Source: Nitrososphaerales archaeon (GTDB taxonomy: Archaea; Thermoproteota; Nitrososphaeria; Conexivisphaerales; UBA164). From it: 20,000 nucleotides of DNA. Below the pieces are notes generated by a model that was not told the origin of the DNA, did no database searches, and saw only the letters and a list, made by a program, of their open reading frames with translations. Numbering within the stretch: position 1 is the stretch's first letter; every line of letters starts with the position of its first letter. The stretch spans positions 19,949 to 39,948 of the forward strand of contig JAGDXJ010000030.1 in the NCBI GenBank assembly GCA_023256355.1. Direction: 5' to 3'. A program made the translations under genes and the position numbers. This document shows positions 8,010 to 17,315 of this stretch, piece after piece.

Positions 8010-8399
8010 ATGGGTAATAATCATACAAATGAAACAAAAAACATTTTAGAAAAAATTATAGATAATTCATGTCTTACAGAATTAGAATTTTTGGCATTAA
8101 TTAATAAAAAAACTATAAATCCATCATATGAATTGTTTAATAAATATAAAAAACTCAATAAATTTTATAAAAAATCATCAGGAGAAAAATCTACAATAAA
8201 GAGACGTGCAGGAAGAAATATAAAAGCTTGTCTTTTGACTCTTATCCTTTTTTTAACGCTTGGGATCATCAATGAAAAAAATTTATTACAGTTAAAAGAA
8301 ATAAGCGATATGCTTAAGGATGTATTAGATATAGAAAATGAGGAAATTTACCTTAAATTGGATGCGCTATTAGATACAATTGTCAAGGAACTTTTTTAA
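8010..8399 (+). CDS. Small hypothetical protein with one predicted TM segment
   Basis: 129 aa; basic region KSSGEKSTIKRRAGRNIK followed by hydrophobic ACLLTLILFLTLGII; no family recognised. Confidence 0.6.
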   Translation: MGNNHTNETKNILEKIIDNSCLTELEFLALINKKTINPSYELFNKYKKLNKFYKKSSGEKSTIKRRAGRNIKACLLTLILFLTLGIINEKNLLQLKEISDMLKDVLDIENEEIYLKLDALLDTIVKELF

Positions 8400-9132
8400 C
8401 TTCCTTACATATTTTGTTAAATTCGTTTCCACCGTTTTCTTTTTCTAGTAAATTACCTATAACGATACCATCGGCTCCAGCACGTGCGATTTTTACAGCT
8501 CTTTCTGCATCGGTTATTCCTCCGCCTACTAGAAGTAAACCATTGAACAGTTTTTTGCTTAAGCTTATAGTCTCGTTAGATATCGGTGTAGATGTACCTG
8601 AACCACCTTCTAAATACACAACCTTAAATCCAAAATGTTTTGCCGCTAACACATAAAGAGAAATAAGCTCAGGAATAGAAGGTATAGGTCTTACATGACC
8701 TATATGTGATACTGCGCTGTCTGAATTTGTAACTATATATCCTGTTGGTATAGTTTCTAATTTGTATCTTTCAATCAATGGAGAAGCCAAAACTTGAGCG
8801 TCTATGATATAATATGTTACATCAGAATTCATCAGCATCATGTATAATATTGCGTCGGCCTTCTTTGAAACAGCATTAATATTATTTGGAAATATTATAA
8901 CCGGCAGTTCAGTCTTCTTTTTTATGCAATCAATAGTCCTGTCAAGATCTTCCTGTGCTATCAATGTAGAACCCCCAACAAGAAAAGCATCTATCAAGCT
9001 TTTATCGACTTGAGAAAGCCTTTTTTCTGTTTTAGCAATATCAAAAAAGTTAACTGGATCTAATAATGGAAGGCAAAGTCTATTATTTTTTCTACTGTTA
9101 AGAAGCATCTGGTAAACAGACAATTTTTCCAT
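8383..9132 (-). CDS. Geranylgeranylglyceryl phosphate synthase
   Basis: LLDPVNF, DAFLVGGSTLIAQ, LPVIIFPNN, ADAILYMMLMNS, IPTGYIVTNSDSAVSHIG, KVVYLEGGSGTSTPIS, LLLVGGGITDAERA, AGADGIVIGN: PcrB/GGGPS signature. Confidence 0.95.
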   Translation of the reverse strand: MEKLSVYQMLLNSRKNNRLCLPLLDPVNFFDIAKTEKRLSQVDKSLIDAFLVGGSTLIAQEDLDRTIDCIKKKTELPVIIFPNNINAVSKKADAILYMMLMNSDVTYYIIDAQVLASPLIERYKLETIPTGYIVTNSDSAVSHIGHVRPIPSIPELISLYVLAAKHFGFKVVYLEGGSGTSTPISNETISLSKKLFNGLLLVGGGITDAERAVKIARAGADGIVIGNLLEKENGGNEFNKICKEVKKVP

Positions 9133-9175
9133 CTGTACCTAAATAAGACATTTATAGGTATAAAAACACTATCTG

Positions 9176-11020
9176 TTAAAGCTCTCTCAGCGCCGGCAGA
9201 CCAAGAACATTCATAAGATCAGAAATAATTAACTTATATGTGTAAACAAGCCCTAGCCGTAAATTTCTCAATTTTGTGTCTTTTTCATCGAGTACTCTTT
9301 TCTTTTCATAAAAAACATTAAAACTAAAAGCCAGTTCATGCGCGTAGTTAGCAAGAATAGAAACTGACATTGATGAATAAGCCTTTAATAAGTAATAGTC
9401 ATATTTGCTCATATGGAGCAGTAAGTTCTTTTCCTCTTGGCTAAGGTTGACCCCATTTGATTGACTCAGTTCTTGATTAGCTTTTTCAAGTATTTTTGAA
9501 GCCCTTGCATAAGTATATTGAATATATGGTCCAGTATCACCTTCTAGCTTAAGGGCATCGTCTATATCAAAAACTATCTGTTTCCCAAGATCAGGCCTTA
9601 GTAGCGAATATCGTATTGCAGCAATTGCAACTTTAGAAGCTATATCTTCTTTATCAGAAAGGAGTGGATTTCTGTTGTTTATTAGATTAATTGCAGCAAT
9701 TTTTATTGCATCCATTAAATCATCTAAATTATAATAAATCCCGCTTCTACCTGACATGTGAACAAACTCTTTTTCAACTTTACCTTTAACGATTTTTTCT
9801 GCCGTGTTCTTTGAGAGCGCAACTAATCCATAAGCTATAACTTTATACTCTTTAGATGCGGATAAAGCCTTTAAAGTTTCTTTTATAAGATTTTGCAAAG
9901 GCAACTGCCTTTGATCTATAAGTATATACGCTTCATCCGCAGGGGTGTAAAGTCCTTTGATTTCACCTGATAGCGAAGTCGTATAGACATCTGTATTATC
10001 TGGTTGTTTAGAAAAAACGCGGTAATAAAACTCATCAGGTATTAAACCGAGTTTCCAAGCTGCATAAGTAAGGTCTTTAGCAGTATAAACTGCTGTCCCG
10101 TCGCTCCTTACAAGTATTTTCTTACCTAAAAGAACCCAGCAATTTTTATGCTTACCTTCTTTTATAAACTTTACAAGTCCTTTTTCTTTTAAGAGTTCAA
10201 ACATTTTTTTCCAATAACCGCCGTGTACAAAATGGCTTTCCCAGTTAAGTATGTCATATCTTGCCCCAATATTCCATGTACTTTTTAGCTGTTCTCTCAC
10301 AATTTTTTCTATAATAGGCCTTGCAAAATTGTATATGTCGCCACCATCTTCAAGGTCTTTCAATATTTCACTTCTTTTTTTCTTTAATTCTTCGTTTTCT
10401 TCAATTGCTTTATTAGCATTAACATAAACAACATCTCCACAGTAATGGTCATATTTGTCATCACTCTCAAGAGAGTACCCTAGATATTTGAATCCTACAA
10501 TAAGATCAGCAACCTGTACACCTGTATCGTCTATGTAGTTTAAAACTTTTACATCATGCCCCAGCCTTTTAAAAAGTCTATAAAAAGTATCTCCGAGTAC
10601 TACGTTCCTGGCATGTCCTACGTGTAAAGCTTTATTTGGGTTAACGCTAGTGTGTTCAATAATTATTTTTTTCTTTTCTTTGACCTGAATATCTCCAAAA
10701 CCACGGTTCTTAATTATTTCATTTAAGAAACTCAAGTAAAAGCGTTCTGTAAGTCTAAAATTAATAAAGCCACTGGGGTGAATTTCCGCACTCAAGTTTT
10801 CTTTATCGTAGTCAATCTTGTTTAAGAGGTCTTTAGCGATTTCATAGGGAGGTTTTTTAAATATTTTTGCCAATATAAAGGCCGCGTTAGTTGTAAACTC
10901 GCCAAAGGCAGGTTCTGTAGGTTCTCCAACGTAAATGCCAGGAGTAGTTATGCTAAGCTTGCTTAGAGTCTCGTTTATTGTTCCTGTAAGTTTATTCAGT
11001 TCAGTAAAATAAGAGATCAT
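9176..11020 (-). CDS. argS: Arginyl-tRNA synthetase
   Basis: 614 aa; class I ArgRS motifs VEHTSVNPNKALHVGHARNVVLGD, DDTGVQVADL, SDGTAVYTAKDLTYAAWKLG, LALSASKEYK-like region, GDTGPYIQYTYARASKI. Confidence 0.97.
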   Translation of the reverse strand: MISYFTELNKLTGTINETLSKLSITTPGIYVGEPTEPAFGEFTTNAAFILAKIFKKPPYEIAKDLLNKIDYDKENLSAEIHPSGFINFRLTERFYLSFLNEIIKNRGFGDIQVKEKKKIIIEHTSVNPNKALHVGHARNVVLGDTFYRLFKRLGHDVKVLNYIDDTGVQVADLIVGFKYLGYSLESDDKYDHYCGDVVYVNANKAIEENEELKKKRSEILKDLEDGGDIYNFARPIIEKIVREQLKSTWNIGARYDILNWESHFVHGGYWKKMFELLKEKGLVKFIKEGKHKNCWVLLGKKILVRSDGTAVYTAKDLTYAAWKLGLIPDEFYYRVFSKQPDNTDVYTTSLSGEIKGLYTPADEAYILIDQRQLPLQNLIKETLKALSASKEYKVIAYGLVALSKNTAEKIVKGKVEKEFVHMSGRSGIYYNLDDLMDAIKIAAINLINNRNPLLSDKEDIASKVAIAAIRYSLLRPDLGKQIVFDIDDALKLEGDTGPYIQYTYARASKILEKANQELSQSNGVNLSQEEKNLLLHMSKYDYYLLKAYSSMSVSILANYAHELAFSFNVFYEKKRVLDEKDTKLRNLRLGLVYTYKLIISDLMNVLGLPALREL

Positions 11021-11717
11021 TGTTCATCAACCATTCAACTGCCTCTATTAATCCCATAGGGCCTTGTCTTTCGGTTATTATTAATTTTGTATTTTCCTCG
11101 ATTGTTCTATTTTTTATAATATAATTTTTATTTACAAGGAACGAATAACCCGATGCAGCAAACATTAGTTCATCAACCTCGCTGTCTCCAACGCTTGCTA
11201 CTTCTTCTTTTTTTAAACTCATTTTTTCTATAATGTATTTTAAAGCGACTCCTTTATTTACGTTAATACTTGATAAATGGTAAGCTACACCACTGTCAAG
11301 GATTTTTGAACGATAGCCATTATCCTTAAGTAACTTATTGGCAAAATCTATATCAAAATTTCTTTCAAGCAAAATTTCCGTTAACCTTGGCATTCGTTGA
11401 TTTATCCTTATGTTATCTATGTTTTTAGATAAAAAATCATATGCATCTAAGGAATCAGAATAGTTTCCAAAAACTTTAACTCTTGTGGGTTCTTTATAAT
11501 ATATAACTCCGCCATTTTCGCTAATGCCAAAATTTGCAAAACCTAAAAATCTTGATAGCGTATAAGTCTCAAACACGCTCCGCCCAGTTGCTAAAACTAT
11601 CTGTAAACCGTGATCTTGTAGCTTTCTTAGCAAGACAGCAGCATCAAAGTTAATTCTCCCATCATTATCTGTCAAAGTTCCGTCAATGTCTATAGCCATA
11701 AGCTTGATCATGCGCAT
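11001..11717 (-). CDS. Phosphoglycolate phosphatase-like HAD hydrolase (archaeal type)
   Basis: MAIDIDGTLTDNDGRI, VLATGRSVFETYTLSRFLG, ISENGGVIYY, VASVGDSEVDELMFAASG. Overlaps argS start by 20 nt. Confidence 0.9.
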   Translation of the reverse strand: MRMIKLMAIDIDGTLTDNDGRINFDAAVLLRKLQDHGLQIVLATGRSVFETYTLSRFLGFANFGISENGGVIYYKEPTRVKVFGNYSDSLDAYDFLSKNIDNIRINQRMPRLTEILLERNFDIDFANKLLKDNGYRSKILDSGVAYHLSSINVNKGVALKYIIEKMSLKKEEVASVGDSEVDELMFAASGYSFLVNKNYIIKNRTIEENTKLIITERQGPMGLIEAVEWLMNNDLLFY

Positions 11718-11784
11718 TATTGTTTTTTCATTTATATTTATCAGTAACTAAAAAACATAAACAGATTACAAATGGTCAGAAAGG

Positions 11785-11793
11785 TTTATAAAA
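11785..11793 (+). promoter_or_regulatory. Candidate TATA box for 5S rRNA
   Basis: TTTATAAAA about 20-27 nt upstream of the predicted 5S 5' end. Confidence 0.6.
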
Positions 11794-11811
11794 AAAGAAA
11801 GCTTAACACAC

Positions 11812-11930
11812 AAAGCCGGCCACAGGGGTAGGGTTCTACCCGGTCTCATCAGAACCCGGAAGTAAAACCTACCACCGCCGCTGTGTTAGTGAGGTGCGCA
11901 AGCCCTCGCGAAGCAGCGGTGCCGGTGCTT
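11812..11930 (+). rRNA. 5S ribosomal RNA (ends approximate)
   Basis: aaagccggccacaggggtagggttctacccggtctcatcagaacccggaagtaaaacctaccaccgccg...gaggtgcgcaagccctcgcgaagcagcggtgccggtgctt; archaeal 5S core CATC-GAAC-CGGAAGTNAA and complementary ends (GCCGGC / GCCGGTGC). Confidence 0.92.
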
Positions 11931-12715
11931 CATAATTTTACATATTCTTTAATTTTTGAATAAATCGAATCTACGATATCGCCTTTCAACGTTCTTTTAT
12001 CAAATTCCTGCAGTATCTTAATTGTTATTCCTGAAGGAGTAGTAACTTTTTTTGTAAGCGTTCTGAAATCAACGTCTTTTTTAAGCGCATATGTGGAAGT
12101 TGAGTAGGCAACCAGATTAGTTATTCTATCCGCTAAATCTTTTTCAACACCCGCAAGAACCATATATTGAGATAAAGAATCAAGAAAATAGGCCAATATC
12201 GCAGGGCCACTTCCTGTTATTGGAACCAGAGCGTCAATAATTTTTTCATCAAAAAGATAAGGTTCTCCTATCCTTTCTAATAGCTTTTTAAGGCTTTCAT
12301 AAAGTTCTTTTTGACAATAAACAAGAACAGGTGCCTTTCCGGTTTCTGCGGCTATGCTGGTCATGATTTTGCATATCTTTGCTTTTGGCATTTTTTCTAC
12401 CATTCTGCTATAGGGATAGAGAGCTACAACTGAAACAACTGTTTTTCCTTCTACGTTTAAAGAAACTTCATCAAAAAGTTTTTCTGCGTCGATAGGTTTT
12501 ACGGAAACGAAGATTATATCTGAGCTTTTAACTAGGTCCATTAGGCTGTCTGCACGTCTAACATTTTTTATTTTTGGAGCCTTATATTTACCCCTGTCAT
12601 ATACTAATATGGTATCTTCTTTATTTTTTGAGAGTGCCACGCTAAGGGCATAACCCATATTACCTATTCCTATTATACCTATATTCATCCGATCGTTTTT
12701 ACCTGAAAAAAGCAA
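11930..12715 (-). CDS. proC: Pyrroline-5-carboxylate reductase
   Basis: MNIGIIGIGNMGYALSVALSK Rossmann motif; VPITGSGPAILAYFLDSLSQ; VTTPSGITIKILQEFDK. True start is probably the internal Met at about 12688. Confidence 0.93.
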   Translation of the reverse strand: MLFSGKNDRMNIGIIGIGNMGYALSVALSKNKEDTILVYDRGKYKAPKIKNVRRADSLMDLVKSSDIIFVSVKPIDAEKLFDEVSLNVEGKTVVSVVALYPYSRMVEKMPKAKICKIMTSIAAETGKAPVLVYCQKELYESLKKLLERIGEPYLFDEKIIDALVPITGSGPAILAYFLDSLSQYMVLAGVEKDLADRITNLVAYSTSTYALKKDVDFRTLTKKVTTPSGITIKILQEFDKRTLKGDIVDSIYSKIKEYVKL

Positions 12716-12746
12716 CTTTTAAATCATACTGTTATATGATTAAATC

Positions 12747-13379
12747 ATGGCCTTTAAATTCACGAAATCCGAATATGCATTTATAATTCTAGCAGCTGGA
12801 GAATCTACAAGATTTGGAGAGAACAAGCTTCTTTATAAAATCGATGGAAAATCTATAATAAAAAGAGTTATAGATGAATGCTCTTTGGAAAAGTTTGTAA
12901 CAGTTGTAGTTGTTGGGCATGAAAGAGAAATGATAGAAGATGAGCTTAGAGATGAAAACGTTATTTTCGCTATAAATCCTGATTATAAAACAGGAGGTAT
13001 GAGCTCTTCAATAAAGATAGGCGTGTCAAGTATAAATCCTAGCAGGGCTTATCTGATAACACCTGGGGACATGCCTTATCTGCAAAGATGGATCTGCGAA
13101 AAGATTATAGACGTTTATCAAAGATCAAAAGCAAAAATTATCATACCCAGTTTTGAGGGAAAGGGTGGGCATCCTATACTATTTGATTCGTCTTTAAGAG
13201 AAGAGCTTTTAGCGGTAAATGAAGAGACTAAAGGGCTTAAAGGCATTTTAAACAAACACGCAAATGAGATTTTAAAGTTTGAGATAGGAACCTCTAGAAT
13301 ACTTATAGATATAGACTTTAAAGACGATCTTAAAACTAGGAAGCCGGTTGACAAAGTGCTCGATAGTAAAACATCTTAA
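12747..13379 (+). CDS. mocA: MobA/MocA-like nucleotidyltransferase (molybdenum cofactor cytidylyltransferase)
   Basis: ILAAGESTRFGENKLLYKIDG, NPDYKTGGMSSSIKIG, ITPGDMPYL, PSFEGKGGHPILFDSSL; directly upstream of a Cox-type molybdenum hydroxylase cluster. Confidence 0.82.
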   Translation: MAFKFTKSEYAFIILAAGESTRFGENKLLYKIDGKSIIKRVIDECSLEKFVTVVVVGHEREMIEDELRDENVIFAINPDYKTGGMSSSIKIGVSSINPSRAYLITPGDMPYLQRWICEKIIDVYQRSKAKIIIPSFEGKGGHPILFDSSLREELLAVNEETKGLKGILNKHANEILKFEIGTSRILIDIDFKDDLKTRKPVDKVLDSKTS

Positions 13380-13485
13380 TGTGTTAGGTTATATAAAAAT
13401 TAAAAAAATTAAGTTGATATTTCTCAGTTAAAAAGAAACAATGTTATAGAAAAATTTTATATGTTCACTTTATAAAGTTACCGTA

Positions 13486-13956
13486 ATGGAAGTAAATGTC
13501 TCGTTTAATTTAAACGGCAAAAAAGTTAGCGTTACAGCCCCTCCTGCAAAAAGCCTTCTAAGGGTGTTAAGGGAAGACCTCGGCATAACAAGCGTTAAAC
13601 CGGGATGTGAAGCGGGTGAATGCGGAGCCTGTAGCGTTCTTTTAGACGGCCAAGTTGTGACATCTTGCCTTGTTATGATTTCACAGGTTGATGGAAAGAA
13701 CGTTATAACGGTAGAAGGATTACAAAAAGATGGCGAATTGGATCCTCTGCAGAAATCATTTATAGATGAGGGCGCAACCCAGTGCGGGTACTGTACTCCT
13801 GGGTTTATAATTTCTGCGAAAGGACTTTTAAACGAAAACCCAAACCCTACAGATGAAGAGATTCTTGAAGGTGTAAGCGGAAACATTTGCAGATGCGGTG
13901 CTTATCCCAGAATATTTAACGCAATTAAGAAAGTGGTGAAAAAGAATGTCATATGA
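13486..13956 (+). CDS. coxS: Molybdenum hydroxylase small [2Fe-2S] subunit (CoxS-like)
   Basis: CEAGECGACSVLLDGQVVTSC and CGYCTPGFIIS...GNICRCGAYPRI cysteine motifs. Confidence 0.93.
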   Translation: MEVNVSFNLNGKKVSVTAPPAKSLLRVLREDLGITSVKPGCEAGECGACSVLLDGQVVTSCLVMISQVDGKNVITVEGLQKDGELDPLQKSFIDEGATQCGYCTPGFIISAKGLLNENPNPTDEEILEGVSGNICRCGAYPRIFNAIKKVVKKNVI

Positions 13957-14845
13957 AAAAGTAGAAGTTTATTCTCCGAGAAGCTTAGCAGAAGCGCTTG
14001 AAATACTTTCACAGAAGAAAGAACATATAAAACCAGTTGCTGGTGGTACAGACGTGATGGTAATGTTAAAAGATGGAGTAGTTAAAGAAAAAGAACTTCT
14101 AAATCTTTCTTATATCTCCGAATTAAGCTATATAAAGGAAAAAGAAAGTCGAATATTAATTGGAGCTGCCACAAAATACAGAGAAATTAGAAGATCGCCC
14201 ATTATAAACGCTTATGCCCCAATCCTTATAGAAGCCGTAAGGCAGATTGGATCGCCTCAAATACAAAACCTAGGAACAATCGGCGGAAACCTTGGAACCG
14301 CAAGTCCGGCAGGAGATAGCATACCGCCTCTTTATGTTCTTAATGCAAGAGTAAAGCTACAGAAGATTGGAACTTCAAGGGAAGTTCAGATAGATAAATT
14401 TTTCTTGGGCCCGAGGAAAACAGTAAAAGAGCCGGATGAACTGATAACTGAAATCTCGGTTGATAAAATGGAGCCAGGGTCTTATTACTTTTTTGAAAAA
14501 TTAGGATTAAGAAGTGCAAACGCTATATCAATAGTAAGCGCTGCAGGCATCATAAACCTTGAAAACAAAACCGTTAAGTATTTAAGACTATCACTCGGCG
14601 CTGTCGCACCAACTGTTATAAGGGCAACTGATGCTGAAGAAGAAGCTAAAGGGAAGGAGCTGAGCGAAGACCTAATAGACAGGATAGCTAAGCTCGCATC
14701 TGAGGCTACCAAGCCCATAAGCGATATTAGAGGTACTGCCGAATACAGAAAAAAAGCAACATATGGTATAGTTTATGAAGCTTTGTACAGGATATTTAAA
14801 GGATACGGCAAAAAGATAGAATACGGTTTTGAAAAAACAAGCTGA
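13946..14845 (+). CDS. coxM: Molybdenum hydroxylase FAD-binding subunit (CoxM-like)
   Basis: VAGGTDVMVMLKDG and TIGGNLGTASPAGDSIPPLYVLNA FAD-binding motifs; overlaps coxS by 11 nt. Confidence 0.93.
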   Translation: MSYEKVEVYSPRSLAEALEILSQKKEHIKPVAGGTDVMVMLKDGVVKEKELLNLSYISELSYIKEKESRILIGAATKYREIRRSPIINAYAPILIEAVRQIGSPQIQNLGTIGGNLGTASPAGDSIPPLYVLNARVKLQKIGTSREVQIDKFFLGPRKTVKEPDELITEISVDKMEPGSYYFFEKLGLRSANAISIVSAAGIINLENKTVKYLRLSLGAVAPTVIRATDAEEEAKGKELSEDLIDRIAKLASEATKPISDIRGTAEYRKKATYGIVYEALYRIFKGYGKKIEYGFEKTS

Positions 14846-14851
14846 TCGAAA

Positions 14852-14968
14852 ATGAATGGACGTGTTTTAAACGAATACGTTGTTAACGCCGGCATCTCAT
14901 TACGTTCAAAAGGCGTCTTAAAAATGGTTTCAAGAGAATTTTCCTTAAAAAGTTTGTTGGAGGGATAA
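14852..14968 (+). CDS. Possible 38-aa small ORF between coxM and coxL
   Basis: Hand translation: MNGRVLNEYVVNAGISLRSKGVLKMVSREFSLKSLLEG*. Starts 6 nt after the coxM stop and ends 6 nt before the coxL ATG. Confidence 0.4.
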   Translation: MNGRVLNEYVVNAGISLRSKGVLKMVSREFSLKSLLEG

Positions 14969-14974
14969 ATAAAA

Positions 14975-17212
14975 ATGATAACTGAATCAATATCAAAGTA
15001 TAGTTATATAAATAAATCCATACCGAGGATTGATTCTACTGATAAAGTAGGGGGTTATTTGTTATATTTAACCGATTTAAAGCTGGAGAACGCTTTATAC
15101 GCTTATACTTTCAGGAGTAAAGTAGCTCACGGAAAGATAAATGCCATATACACTGAAGATGCTGAAAAAGTTAACGGCGTTAAGGCGGTTCTTACCTATA
15201 AAGACATACCGGCGATGAACGGGTATGGAGCGATCGTACCTGAAATACCTGTTTTAGCTTACGATAAAGTCAGGTATTATGGAGAACCGTTAGCTCTTGT
15301 TGCAGCTGAGACGCAAGAAGCAGCATTAGAAGCTCTTAGCATGATAAAGGCCGACATAACGCCATTGCCTGTTATACATTCAATAGACGAAGCTCTTGAT
15401 GAGAATGCGCCAAAAATACACGATAAGGGAAATATTGCAAGACACACAGTTGTCAGAAAAGGAGACGTGGAAAAAGCAAGATCTTCTGCATATATTGTGC
15501 TCGAGAGGAGTTACGAAACACCAATGCAAAAGCACATGTTCTTAGAGCCAGAAGGAGGAGTCGCTTTTGTAGATGAAGAAGGAGCCATAAACGTACTCGC
15601 TGGTGGGCAAACTCCTTATAGAGATAGGATCCAGATATCTAGAGTTCTAGGGATACCCCCTGAAAAAATAAGAGTAAAAAACACTCCAACAGGAGGTGCC
15701 TTTGGGGGTAAAGATGACATTACCGTTCAAATTCATCTAGCTCTGCTTGCGTACAAAACCAAAAGGCCAGTAAAGCTGGTTTGGTCTAGAGAAGAAAGCG
15801 GAATAGCGGGTTTCCACAGAACAGCTTCAAAGATAAAGTTAAGAACTTCTGTTGACAGAGATGGATCTTTGCTTTCAAATGAAGCCACAATATACCTTGA
15901 TTCTGGAGCATATCAGAGCTTTGGGCCCACTATACTAGATGTAAGTATAGAAACCATAAACGGTCCATACAGGATCCCTAATTATGTAATTGATGCAAAC
16001 TTGGTCTATACTAACAACGGTATAGCTTCAGCTTTTAGAGGATTTGGAGCTCCTGAAAGCAATTTTGCAATTGAAAGCATGATGAACGAGCTGGCGGACG
16101 AACTAAAGTTAGACCCGATTGACTTAAGGTTAAAGAACATCCTTAAGACAGGTGAGGTAGGACCATTTAATAACGAAATAAGACACGCTGAAGGTTTAGA
16201 AGAAGCCTTGAAAAGAGCTAAAGAACTTTTTTACAGGCCTGATCCTACGGGTCCGTTCCAGAGAACGGGAGTAGGAATAGCCGTGTCGGTAAAAGGGGTA
16301 GGTTTCGGAACATTGCCCGAGTTTCCTTCAGCTGCAATAGAAATAGCACCTGAAGGAAGGGTCAGTATTATGTTCAGCAACGTAGATTATGGGCAGGGAA
16401 TAAATACTGGAAATGCTCAGCTCGTCGCAGAAAAGCTGCAGATACCTTTATCACAGATAAATGTTCTGCATTCAGATACAAAGTTTGCCCCAGATACAGG
16501 AGGTTCAAGCGCTTCAAGATCAACTTTTAACGCAGGAAATGCACTCCTTTTAGCATGCGAAAAGGCTCTATCTGAACTCAAGATGGAGGCAGCTTCATAC
16601 TTTATGACAAAAAGCGATGTTATAACTTATAAAGACGGATACTTTTATTTTAAAGATAAAACGGTTTCAATTTATGAACTGGCCAAAAGGTTAAGGTTTA
16701 AAGGTAAGTCAACACGTTTTGAGGCTACATTAGAAGTTCCAAGGTATACTGAAGCCGTTGAAGGAACTCTGGAGGTTCCTCATATGGTTTACATGTATGG
16801 CGTCATCATAACTAAAGTAGAAATAGATGAGCTATTGGGAAAAATAAAACCACGTGAAGTTGATTTTATAGCTGACATAGGGAACGTGATTAATCCGGCA
16901 ATAGCAGCAGGCCAGATAGAAGGGGGAATAATTCAGGGATTAGGTTACTCATTAATAGAGGAACTTAATTATGATAAAGACGGAAAGCCTTTAAACATAA
17001 ATTATACAACATACGTAGTTCCTGTTATAACAGACTCGCCATTAATAAATGTAGAGTTCATAAAAAGTTATGAAGAACTCGGACCGTTTGGGGCAAAAGG
17101 TGTTGGTGAAGTAAGCATAATTCCTGTTGGAGCCTCAGTAGCAGACGCTGTAACAGACGCTATAGGAAAAAGAAATTATAAGCTACCACTTTTACCTTGG
17201 AGAATTATCTGA
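14975..17212 (+). CDS. Molybdenum hydroxylase large subunit (CoxL/aldehyde oxidase/xanthine dehydrogenase family)
   Basis: 745 aa; GGAFGGKDD, ASAFRGFGAPESNFAIE, GTGGSSASRS-like PDTGGSSASRSTF, GAKGVGEVSIIPVG (catalytic Glu region). GGAGG 12 nt upstream. Confidence 0.93.
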   Translation: MITESISKYSYINKSIPRIDSTDKVGGYLLYLTDLKLENALYAYTFRSKVAHGKINAIYTEDAEKVNGVKAVLTYKDIPAMNGYGAIVPEIPVLAYDKVRYYGEPLALVAAETQEAALEALSMIKADITPLPVIHSIDEALDENAPKIHDKGNIARHTVVRKGDVEKARSSAYIVLERSYETPMQKHMFLEPEGGVAFVDEEGAINVLAGGQTPYRDRIQISRVLGIPPEKIRVKNTPTGGAFGGKDDITVQIHLALLAYKTKRPVKLVWSREESGIAGFHRTASKIKLRTSVDRDGSLLSNEATIYLDSGAYQSFGPTILDVSIETINGPYRIPNYVIDANLVYTNNGIASAFRGFGAPESNFAIESMMNELADELKLDPIDLRLKNILKTGEVGPFNNEIRHAEGLEEALKRAKELFYRPDPTGPFQRTGVGIAVSVKGVGFGTLPEFPSAAIEIAPEGRVSIMFSNVDYGQGINTGNAQLVAEKLQIPLSQINVLHSDTKFAPDTGGSSASRSTFNAGNALLLACEKALSELKMEAASYFMTKSDVITYKDGYFYFKDKTVSIYELAKRLRFKGKSTRFEATLEVPRYTEAVEGTLEVPHMVYMYGVIITKVEIDELLGKIKPREVDFIADIGNVINPAIAAGQIEGGIIQGLGYSLIEELNYDKDGKPLNINYTTYVVPVITDSPLINVEFIKSYEELGPFGAKGVGEVSIIPVGASVADAVTDAIGKRNYKLPLLPWRII

Positions 17213-17315
17213 GCTAGACTAATCGCTTAAATTTTTTATTAAAAATCGCCTAGTTTTAAGTTAAAACAACAAAAAATATTGTATTTTTTACAATAAAGGA
17301 GCGATAAAAATAAAA

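Noticed and set aside
8414-8656. Plus-strand ORF antisense to GGGP synthase.
   Set aside because: Shadow ORF of a confidently identified gene.
13118-14718. Minus-strand ORFs 13118-13354, 13470-13886 and 14485-14718.
   Set aside because: Antisense to mocA, coxS and coxM respectively; translations look non-protein-like (Ser/Pro/Leu-rich shadows).
17213-17315. AT-rich partial repeats (ctagactaatcgc / aatcgcctag) between coxL and gdhA considered as a terminator or regulatory repeat.
   Set aside because: Imperfect and short; not distinguishable from background composition.
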